A DNA stretch of 64,000 bases, from NCBI GenBank assembly GCA_031261445.1, contig JAISJQ010000025.1, positions 14,635 to 78,634 on the forward strand. Direction: 5' to 3'. A program made the position numbers and the translations under genes. The DNA is from Oscillospiraceae bacterium (GTDB taxonomy: Bacteria; Bacillota; Clostridia; Oscillospirales; Acutalibacteraceae). Below, piece by piece: positions 36,441 through 43,774 of this stretch (the first letter of the stretch is position 1; every line of letters starts with the position of its first letter). A model generated the notes under the pieces. It searched no databases, had not been told where the DNA came from, and saw only the letters and a program-made list of their open reading frames with translations.

Positions 36441-36893
36441 ATGCACCTGCTCATCCTCAACGGCCCCAACCTCAACCTTCTGGGTCTGCGCGAACCCGCA
36501 TTGTACGGTGCCCAGACCTACGCCGCGCTGTGCCAGACTTGCGAGGACGCTTGCCGCGCCCGGGACGTGACCTGCACCCTCTTCCAGTCCAACCACGAGG
36601 GCGCGTTGGTGGACGCCATCCAAGACGCCTACGGCAAGGCCGACGGCATTGTCCTCAACCCGGCGGCGTACACGCACACGAGCGTGGCGATTCTGGACGC
36701 GCTCAAGGCCGTCCATCTCCCCGCAGTGGAAGTGCACCTGACCGCTGTGGCGGAACGCGAGCCCTTCCGCCATGTCTCCTTTGCCGGCCTGGCCTGCGAG
36801 AAAACCATTACGGGGCAAGGCTTTGCGGGCTACGTGCAAGCGATCGATTATCTCGCTGAGCGTTATGGTGCATCCAATGGGCAGGGGGCGTGA
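36441..36893 (+). CDS. aroQ: type II 3-dehydroquinate dehydratase
   Basis: 150 aa with ILNGPNLNLLGLREP and ..HTSVAI.. motifs. Confidence 0.92.
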   Translation: MHLLILNGPNLNLLGLREPALYGAQTYAALCQTCEDACRARDVTCTLFQSNHEGALVDAIQDAYGKADGIVLNPAAYTHTSVAILDALKAVHLPAVEVHLTAVAEREPFRHVSFAGLACEKTITGQGFAGYVQAIDYLAERYGASNGQGA

Positions 36894-36894
36894 C

Positions 36895-37569
36895 GTGAAC
36901 ATCCTGGCGGCAATTTTGGCGGCAGGCTCTGGCTCGCGGGTGGGGGCGGACGTGCCCAAGCAGTATCTGCCCATCGGCGGCGTGCCCATGCTGCGCCGTG
37001 CGGCGGATGCCTTTTTGTTGCACCCAGCTGTCGACCAAGTGGCGGTGTTTTGCCCAGCGGATTGGCTCGCGCAGACCCGCGCAATCTTTGCGGACACGGG
37101 CGCGGTCATTCTCCCCGGCGGCGCAACGCGCACGCAAACCCTAGAGCGCGTGGTGGGTTTTTGGCGCACGGATTCCGGCAATCCCGACGACATTTTGCTC
37201 ACGCACGACGGCGCACGCCCACTCGTCAGTGCGCGGATTATCCACGCGAACATCGCCGCCGCGCGGACATACGATGCCGTGGGCACGTATCTGGCCTGCG
37301 CAGATTCGCTCGTGCGCGGGGAGGGCGACACGGTGACCACACCCGTCAGCCGCGCGGGTGTGTACCGCGCACAGACGCCCCAGACCTTCCGCGCAGGCGC
37401 ACTGGCGGCGCGGTTGGCGCAGCTCACGGACGCACAAAAAAATGCCCTCACAGACGCATGCGGCATCTTCACGCTGTTGGGCGAAACGGTGCATATCGTG
37501 CCGGGCGAGGCAATCAACTTCAAGATTACCACGGCGGATGATTTGCGATTGGCAGAAGACAGAAAATAG
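36895..37569 (+). CDS. ispD: 2-C-methyl-D-erythritol 4-phosphate cytidylyltransferase
   Basis: AAGSGSRVG..PKQYL motif. GTG 36895 is 1 nt after the aroQ stop. An alternative ATG lies at 36877. Confidence 0.85.
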   Translation: MNILAAILAAGSGSRVGADVPKQYLPIGGVPMLRRAADAFLLHPAVDQVAVFCPADWLAQTRAIFADTGAVILPGGATRTQTLERVVGFWRTDSGNPDDILLTHDGARPLVSARIIHANIAAARTYDAVGTYLACADSLVRGEGDTVTTPVSRAGVYRAQTPQTFRAGALAARLAQLTDAQKNALTDACGIFTLLGETVHIVPGEAINFKITTADDLRLAEDRK

Positions 37570-37614
37570 AGGGCAGAATCTTGTACTAGACAGGTGCGAC
37601 CACTCCGCACGGAT

Positions 37615-37694
37615 GTAGGGGACGCCGCCCTCGGCGTCCCGCTGATCTCTATGGTTTTTCTGCGCCACGGGGCGATGTGGACATCGCCCCCTAC
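37615..37694. repeat. pair of REP-like hairpins in opposite orientation
   Basis: GTAGGGGACGCCgccctcGGCGTCCCGC (37615-37642) and GGGGCGATGTggACATCGCCCCCTAC (37669-37694). Confidence 0.85.
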
Positions 37695-37720
37695 GGAAGG
37701 ATTTCTAAAACGGAATCGTA

Positions 37721-38119
37721 TCACATCTCGCCCAGCAGCGCCAGCGCGTCCTGAATCTGGAACGCGCATTCTTTGTATGCCTCTAGGTTGTGGCCGTAGG
37801 GGTCGTCAATGCCGTTCCCCAGAAGCACCACGCGCTTGTGGGGGTATGCGCCTTGCAGCACTTGCTGATGATATGCGCCGATGGCCACAATCAGGTCGGC
37901 GGTCTGGGCGATGTCCGGGGTCAAAAAACGGGAGCGGTGGTCGCTGATGTCAACGCCAAAAGTCTGTAGCGCGGCGACGGCGTGCGCAGAAGCCGACAGG
38001 CCGTCGGTGGCCAAAATGCCCGCGCTCGCGCACGATATTTCTGGATGCAACACGCCAAAAAGCCCCGCCGCCATGGGACTGCGGCAGGTGTTGCCGGTGC
38101 AGACAAACAGTACGTTCAT
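37721..38119 (-). CDS. low-molecular-weight protein-tyrosine/arginine phosphatase
   Basis: Start MNVLFVCTGNTCRSPMA at 38119, carrying the CX5R(S) P-loop. Confidence 0.85.
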   Translation of the reverse strand: MNVLFVCTGNTCRSPMAAGLFGVLHPEISCASAGILATDGLSASAHAVAALQTFGVDISDHRSRFLTPDIAQTADLIVAIGAYHQQVLQGAYPHKRVVLLGNGIDDPYGHNLEAYKECAFQIQDALALLGEM

Positions 38120-38163
38120 AGCTGAGTAAAGAACAGACGCTTTACGCTCGTCACACTTTTTGG

Positions 38164-38209
38164 TCAAAACAAAGCCGCCCTATGCCAGCGGGTAGCCGGT
38201 ACGGGCGGC
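38164..38209 (-). terminator. possible terminator after the 49-aa ORF
   Basis: GCCGCCC..GGGCGGC stem with a long loop, followed on the minus strand by TTTGTTTTG. Confidence 0.4.
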
Positions 38210-38220
38210 AATATGTTCGC

Positions 38221-38370
38221 TTACGCCGTGGCGAAGATGTCGGAAATCCCTTTGAGCAGAGACCCCCAAAGCTCGTTTAGGGCGATGGCGTCCCACGGTT
38301 TGCCCTCAGAACCGAAGCCCTGGAACCAGACGTTGAACGCGTTGAACAGATCTTGAATCAGTTTGTCCAT
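38221..38370 (-). CDS. small acidic hypothetical protein (49 aa)
   Basis: MDKLIQDLFNAFNVWFQGFGSEGKPWDAIALNELWGSLLKGISDIFATA. AAAGGAGG RBS, its own promoter motif (38446-38487), and a downstream hairpin. Confidence 0.5.
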   Translation of the reverse strand: MDKLIQDLFNAFNVWFQGFGSEGKPWDAIALNELWGSLLKGISDIFATA

Positions 38371-38445
38371 GTGTGTAGCCTCCTTTCCATGCTGGTAGGG
38401 GGCTTTGCCCCCGGAAGCGCTTGTGTCAAGAAGCGTTGCAGTAGT

Positions 38446-38487
38446 ATTGTAACACACTGTTCACAAGTTTTGTTTCCAAATTAGAAA
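38446..38487 (-). promoter_or_regulatory. 42-nt shared promoter-proximal motif, copy upstream of the 49-aa ORF
   Basis: Minus strand reads TTTCTAATTTGGAAACAAAACTTGTGAACAGTGTGTTACAAT. Confidence 0.6.
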
Positions 38488-38539
38488 ATCACACAAGATT
38501 TTTTTGCACCATATACTAATGTAGAGGAGTGATGACGAT

Positions 38540-40375
38540 ATGTGTGGAATTGCTGGCGTGATTAGTTTCGACCGAACGCCCGATGTGGGGGTGCTGCTGG
38601 GGATGCGCAACGCCTTAGTCCACCGCGGGCCGGATCAGCAGGGGCTGTATTTAGGCGAGCATGTGGGGCTGGCGCACACGCGGCTGAGTGTGGTGGATCT
38701 GGCGCACGGGCAGCAGCCCATGCGCTTGCGGCGGGGCGAGGCCGAATACTGGCTGGTCTACAACGGCGAGCTGTATAACACGGATGAATTGCGCCACGAG
38801 CTGCAGGCGGCGGGTTATCGCTTTGCGGGGCACAGCGACACCGAGGTGCTGCTGGCCGCGTGGGCACACTGGCAGGAGGGTTGCCTAGCGCGACTCAACG
38901 GCATTTTTGCGTTTGCCGTGTGGGAAAAACACCGCGAACGCTTGATTCTGGCGCGGGATCGCATGGGTGTAAAGCCTTTAGCCTTTACAGTCCAAGACGG
39001 CGCATTGATCTTTGCGTCTGAGTTAAAAGCGATCCTGACCGTGCCCGGCGTGGCGGCAAAACTCGATTCGGCGGGTGTGGCAGAGCTGGCGTTGCTCAGC
39101 CCCGGACGCACGCCGGGGCGGCTATTATTGAAAGATATGCAGGAACTCAAGCCCGGTCAGTGGGCGATTTTTTCGCGCGACACTGGCTTACAAACGCACA
39201 CCTATTGGAAACTCAAGGCGGCGAAACACACGGACAGCGCCGACGAAAGCGTCGAGCATGTGCGCTATTTGGTCAAGGACGCCATTGAACGGCAGCTGGT
39301 CAGCGATGTGCCCGTGGGGACGCTACTCTCTGGCGGGCTGGATTCGTCGGTGATTTCCAGCGTGGCGGACATCTATTTTACCGCGCGTGGGCAACGGCTC
39401 AAGACCTTTTCGGTGACCTATAAAGACCAGAAAAAGCACTTCCGCGCCGGAAAATTCCAGCCGAACGCGGACGACGAATATATTGCGCGGATGAACCGCT
39501 ACCTGAGCGCGGAGCACTTTGACGTGGTGCTCGACACCCAAGAGCTGGCCTGCGCCCTGCGCACCGCGCTGGAGGCGCGGGATCTGCCGGGCATGGCGGA
39601 CGTGGACAGCTCGCTACTCCTGTTTTGCCGCGAGATTCGCAATGAAGTGACCGTGGCGCTCAGCGGTGAGTGCGCGGATGAACTTTTTGGGGGGTATCCG
39701 TGGTATCGCGACGAGACGATTCGCGCACGGGCGGGGCTACCGTGGGCGCAGAGCACGGACTATCGCTACGGCTTTCTGCGCCCGGAGTGGCGTGCGCAAA
39801 TCGACCCTGCGGCGGTGGTACGCGCACAATACGAGGCGGTGCGTGCGGACACAGATGTGCAGGACGATGCGCCGGAAAGTCACAAGAATCTGCAACGCAT
39901 GGTGCGCCAGAACACGGACTTGTTCATGCAGACGCTGCTCACGCGCAAGGATGCCATGAGCATGGCCAGTGCGCTGGAAGTGCGCGTGCCGTTTTGTGAC
40001 TATCGCCTGGCCGAGTACCTCTACAACGTGCCGTGGGAGATCAAGGAACTGGGCGGGCAGGAGAAGGGTTTGCTCCGCACGGCGATGGCGGACTTCCTGC
40101 CCCACGAGGTATTGCACCGCAAGAAAAGCCCCTATCCCAAGACCCACAACCCCGCCTATTTACAGGTGGTGCGCGACATGCTGCGCGAAATATTGGACGA
40201 CCCCAACGCGCCTCTCTTTGCCCTGTTTGACCCGGCCGCGCTGGCGGGGCTACTGACCGAAGACGGCCGCTCCCTGCCGTGGTACGGGCAACTGATGACC
40301 ACGCCCCAAACCATCGCGTGGTTCGTGCAGGTCAATCACTGGCTCAAAAAATTTCATGTAGATGTTAGAAACTAG
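38540..40375 (+). CDS. asnB: asparagine synthase (glutamine-hydrolysing)
   Basis: MCGIAG nucleophile Cys2 and SGGLDSS PP-loop. 611 aa. Confidence 0.92.
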   Translation: MCGIAGVISFDRTPDVGVLLGMRNALVHRGPDQQGLYLGEHVGLAHTRLSVVDLAHGQQPMRLRRGEAEYWLVYNGELYNTDELRHELQAAGYRFAGHSDTEVLLAAWAHWQEGCLARLNGIFAFAVWEKHRERLILARDRMGVKPLAFTVQDGALIFASELKAILTVPGVAAKLDSAGVAELALLSPGRTPGRLLLKDMQELKPGQWAIFSRDTGLQTHTYWKLKAAKHTDSADESVEHVRYLVKDAIERQLVSDVPVGTLLSGGLDSSVISSVADIYFTARGQRLKTFSVTYKDQKKHFRAGKFQPNADDEYIARMNRYLSAEHFDVVLDTQELACALRTALEARDLPGMADVDSSLLLFCREIRNEVTVALSGECADELFGGYPWYRDETIRARAGLPWAQSTDYRYGFLRPEWRAQIDPAAVVRAQYEAVRADTDVQDDAPESHKNLQRMVRQNTDLFMQTLLTRKDAMSMASALEVRVPFCDYRLAEYLYNVPWEIKELGGQEKGLLRTAMADFLPHEVLHRKKSPYPKTHNPAYLQVVRDMLREILDDPNAPLFALFDPAALAGLLTEDGRSLPWYGQLMTTPQTIAWFVQVNHWLKKFHVDVRN

Positions 40376-40540
40376 GAACTAGGTGTTACGTGTGAGGTAG
40401 ACGCTGATGCCTCTACCTGTAGGGGCGAGCTATGCTCGCCCGCTGTGAAGACGCCAGCTTTTCGGGTGCGCAATTCTGTCCTCTGCCTTCTGATTCCTGT
40501 CTTCTGCTAGCTCAGCGGGCGAGCGCAGAAACGCCCCTAC
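40358..40540. repeat. TAGA-type heptads (contain the asnB stop) plus composite element bounded by inverted REP-like hairpins
   Basis: 40358-40388 heptads, GTAG hairpin 40419-40443, linker plus CTCTG heptads 40439-40507, degenerate hairpin ending CCCCTAC 40515-40540. Confidence 0.85.
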
Positions 40541-40561
40541 ACAAAATTGATTTCCCTGCAA

Positions 40562-42535
40562 TTAGCCACCCAAGGCATTGATTTCGTCCCGCAACTTGGC
40601 GGCGTGTTCAAATTCTAGGAGTTTCGCCGCCGCACGCATTTCTTGCGTGAGCTGCTCGATGAGCGCCGCGCGTTCCGCTGGGGAGAGGGTCTGCTGCGTC
40701 TTGCGGCCACGTTTGGTCTTGCCCGTGGGCTTGTCCGTCTGCGAGATATACAGCAGGTCGCGCACGTCCTTGACGATGGTTTTGGGGACGATGCCGTGCG
40801 CTTCGTTGTACGCCATCTGCTTTTCGCGGCGGCGGGCGGTCTCGCGCAGGGCACGTTCCATGCTGGGGGTAACCTGGTCGGCGTAGAGAATCACCATGCC
40901 CCCCGCGTTGCGTGCCGCGCGTCCCATGGTCTGGATGAGGCTGGTCTCCGAGCGCAAAAAGCCCTCTTTGTCCGCGTCGAGAATCACCACAAGGCTCACT
41001 TCTGGGATGTCCAACCCCTCGCGCAGGAGGTTGATGCCCACCAGCACGTCAAACTCCCCGTTGCGCAGGTCGCGGATGATCTCCATGCGCTCAATGGTCT
41101 CCACCCCAAAGTGCAAATAGCGCACTTTGATGCCCACGTCTTCCAGATAATCCGTCAGGTCTTCCGCCATCTTTTTCGTCAGCGTGGTGACCAACACCCG
41201 CTCGCCGCGCTCGATGCGCAGGTTGATTTCGCCGATCATGTCGTCGATCTGCCCCTCTGTGGGGCGCACGGACGTTTCGGGGTCGAGCAGCCCCGTGGGA
41301 CGAATGACCTGTTCGGCGACGACGGCGGATGTTTCGCGCTCAAACGCGCCGGGCGTGGCGGAGACGAACACCTTTTGCGGGCAGCGTGCGTAGAATTCCT
41401 CGTATTGTAGCGGGCGGTTGTCGTAGGCCGACGGGAGGCGAAAGCCGTAGGAAATCAGGTTCTCTTTGCGGGCGCGGTCGCCGGCATACATGGCGCGGAC
41501 TTGCGGCAGCGTGGCGTGCGATTCGTCCACAAACAGGAGGAAATCTTTGGGGAAATAATCCAGCAGCGTGAAGGGCGCAGAGCCGGGCGCACGTCCGCTC
41601 ATGACGCGGCTGTAGTTCTCGATGCCCTTGCAAAAGCCCGTTTCACGCAGCATTTCAATGTCGTAGAGCGTGCGCTCGCGGATGCGCTGCGCCTCAATGA
41701 GTTTGCCCGCCGCCGTGAATTCGGCCTCGCGGTCAATGCTCTCCGCGCCGATTTCGATGAGCGCCTTCTCCAGCTTTTCGCTCTCCACCACGTAGTGGCT
41801 GGCGGGATAAATCGCCACGTGGCTGACGACGTTCAGCACCTTGCCCGTCAGCGCGTTGATCTCGCTGATGCGCTCCACTTCGTCGCCAAAAAACTCCACG
41901 CGAATCGCCGTTTCGCTGGAATACACGGGGAAGACCTCCACCACGTCGCCCCGCACGCGGAAGGTGTTGCGCACAAAGCTGATGTCGTTGCGGTCGTACT
42001 GAATCTCCACCAGCTTGGCGATGAGGGCGTCGCGGTTTTTCGTCTGCCCCTGCCGCAGGCTGATGACCATGGAACGGTAGTCAATGGGGTCGCCCAGCGA
42101 ATAGATGCAGCTGACCGATGCCACCAAAATCACATCCCGCCGCTCGCTGAGTGCCGCCGTGGCCGAGTGGCGCAGCTTCTCAATCTCGTCGTTGATGGCC
42201 GAATCTTTCTCGATGTAGGTGTCGGTCGTGGGCAGGTACGCCTCCGGCTGGTAGTAGTCGTAATAGCTGACGAAATACTCGACGGCGTTGTGCGGAAAAT
42301 ATTCACGAAACTCACTGCACAGTTGGGCGGCAAGGGTCTTGTTGTGCGCCAAAATCAGCGTCGGGCGGTTCAGGTCCGCGATGATGCTGGCCATGGTGAA
42401 GGTCTTGCCCGACCCCGTCACGCCCAACAGCGTCTGCTCCGCGTGCCCCGCGTTGAGAGAGGCCTCCAGCGCGGCGATGGCCTCGGGCTGGTCGCCCGTG
42501 GGCACGTAGGGTGCAACCAATTCAAAATGATCCAC
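40562..42535 (-). CDS. uvrB: excinuclease ABC subunit B
   Basis: [12 protein letters not shown] motif, helicase motifs, and C-terminal UVR domain ([13 protein letters not shown]). Confidence 0.97.
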   Translation of the reverse strand: MDHFELVAPYVPTGDQPEAIAALEASLNAGHAEQTLLGVTGSGKTFTMASIIADLNRPTLILAHNKTLAAQLCSEFREYFPHNAVEYFVSYYDYYQPEAYLPTTDTYIEKDSAINDEIEKLRHSATAALSERRDVILVASVSCIYSLGDPIDYRSMVISLRQGQTKNRDALIAKLVEIQYDRNDISFVRNTFRVRGDVVEVFPVYSSETAIRVEFFGDEVERISEINALTGKVLNVVSHVAIYPASHYVVESEKLEKALIEIGAESIDREAEFTAAGKLIEAQRIRERTLYDIEMLRETGFCKGIENYSRVMSGRAPGSAPFTLLDYFPKDFLLFVDESHATLPQVRAMYAGDRARKENLISYGFRLPSAYDNRPLQYEEFYARCPQKVFVSATPGAFERETSAVVAEQVIRPTGLLDPETSVRPTEGQIDDMIGEINLRIERGERVLVTTLTKKMAEDLTDYLEDVGIKVRYLHFGVETIERMEIIRDLRNGEFDVLVGINLLREGLDIPEVSLVVILDADKEGFLRSETSLIQTMGRAARNAGGMVILYADQVTPSMERALRETARRREKQMAYNEAHGIVPKTIVKDVRDLLYISQTDKPTGKTKRGRKTQQTLSPAERAALIEQLTQEMRAAAKLLEFEHAAKLRDEINALGG

Positions 42536-42569
42536 GATGTTACTCTTTTCTTACTAACAGATGGCAGCG

Positions 42570-42800
42570 GTAGGGGCGGATATCATCCGCCCGCCGTTTG
42601 ATTTGTAGGGGCATTGAGGTATGAGGCGTGAGGGTTCAGGAATGAGGGTTGTAGGGGCGCACGCCCCGTGCGCCCGCTGTGAAGACGACAGATTTTCGGG
42701 TGCGCAATTCTGCCCTCTGCGTGAATCAGTGGGCGCACAGGGGCGTGCGCCCCTACGGGGATACCTGCCCGCCACACGGGCGGCGGATTGCCACCCCTAC
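42570..42800. repeat. dense cluster: GTAG hairpin, GAGG heptads, composite element with inverted hairpins, degenerate hairpin
   Basis: 42570-42594, 42613-42650, 42651-42756 and 42776-42800. Confidence 0.85.
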
Positions 42801-42816
42801 AAAAACCTAATCCCCA

Positions 42817-43716
42817 TTATAGTCTTTCAAGCAACGGTGCGCCGCATTCGGCACAGCGACCCACTGTGCCCGATTTTAGTTCCTTTTCTGTGCCGCAATC
42901 CACGCAACGCAGGCGCACCAGAATGGGCTTGTCCGCCAGCAGTTCGGCGTTCTTTTTGCGCTGGGCATCCAGCTTCAGGTTGCCGATGTGGTGCTGGTGC
43001 AGGTTCATGTATGCGCCGGGGAAGAACTGCTTTTTTAGGAACATCAACAGATTCTTCTGCACTTTCTGCATCTGCCGCTTTAAGGCGCGGCCTTGCAGGG
43101 GTTTGGGCGTGCGGTTGCGCGGGTGCAGGATGCTCTCGGGTTGCACAGAAAAATAGGACGGCGCACCCAGATGTTTGATGCTCCACTGCGCGTGCAGGCG
43201 TTGCGTGAACTCCGCGGTTGAGCACTCCGGTTCCCACCACAGCGCGGCCGCATAGCGCGGGTAGAGCTTGTACATCTTGCGACTCCGCAGTCCCGCACGC
43301 AAGACGTAATAGCCCACAAACGGCGCGACAAACATCATCAGCACGCCAAAAACTGCCCAGCCGCTCAAGCCGGAATCGTCATCCGAATCTTTCGGCTCTG
43401 CGGGCGTTGCCGGGTCGCGCGGAAAGAGCACGTAGTTATACAGCGCCGAGAGCGCCAGCATCACCCCCGGCAGGAGCAGGAGGCTACCCAGCACAATAAA
43501 CGGCACGGCGCGGGGGCGCAAGCGTTGCCAGCGCATCTGCGGCGTGACGCGCTTTCGCTTGTCGCGGCGGCGCTGGGCGCGTTTGTCTTTCACGCTTTTG
43601 GGAATGAAAAGCAGAATCAGCTTGCCGATGGGGCGCAAGAGGAACTGAATGCCTTTGACCAGAAACTTGATGAGTTGTCCCACAAAATCCTCATTAATGC
43701 AAAAATCACAGCCCAA
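42817..43716 (-). CDS. hypothetical membrane protein with C-terminal CxxC..CxxC zinc ribbon
   Basis: Two TM segments, a basic stretch, and C-terminal RCVDCG..GRCAECG. The start is uncertain (TTG 43716, GTG 43683 or a later ATG). Confidence 0.5.
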   Translation of the reverse strand: MGCDFCINEDFVGQLIKFLVKGIQFLLRPIGKLILLFIPKSVKDKRAQRRRDKRKRVTPQMRWQRLRPRAVPFIVLGSLLLLPGVMLALSALYNYVLFPRDPATPAEPKDSDDDSGLSGWAVFGVLMMFVAPFVGYYVLRAGLRSRKMYKLYPRYAAALWWEPECSTAEFTQRLHAQWSIKHLGAPSYFSVQPESILHPRNRTPKPLQGRALKRQMQKVQKNLLMFLKKQFFPGAYMNLHQHHIGNLKLDAQRKKNAELLADKPILVRLRCVDCGTEKELKSGTVGRCAECGAPLLERL

Positions 43717-43728
43717 CGAATTAGGCTC

Positions 43729-43765
43729 TTGAAAAAGTATACAAAAAATGTTATACTCTTGTCAA
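43729..43765. promoter_or_regulatory. overlapping face-to-face divergent promoters (glpA-like operon / zinc-ribbon membrane protein)
   Basis: Plus strand: TTGAAA(43729)-17-TATACT(43752). Minus strand: TTGACA(rc 43760-65)-18-TATACT(rc 43736-41). The 37-nt segment is near-palindromic. Confidence 0.6.
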
Positions 43766-43774
43766 GGACAAAAC

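Noticed and set aside
42570-42800. Calling the REP-like/composite elements insertion sequences or MITEs as annotated mobile elements.
   Set aside because: There is no transposase, no evident target-site duplications, and no empty-site comparison available. They are reported as repeats, with mobility only as a hypothesis.
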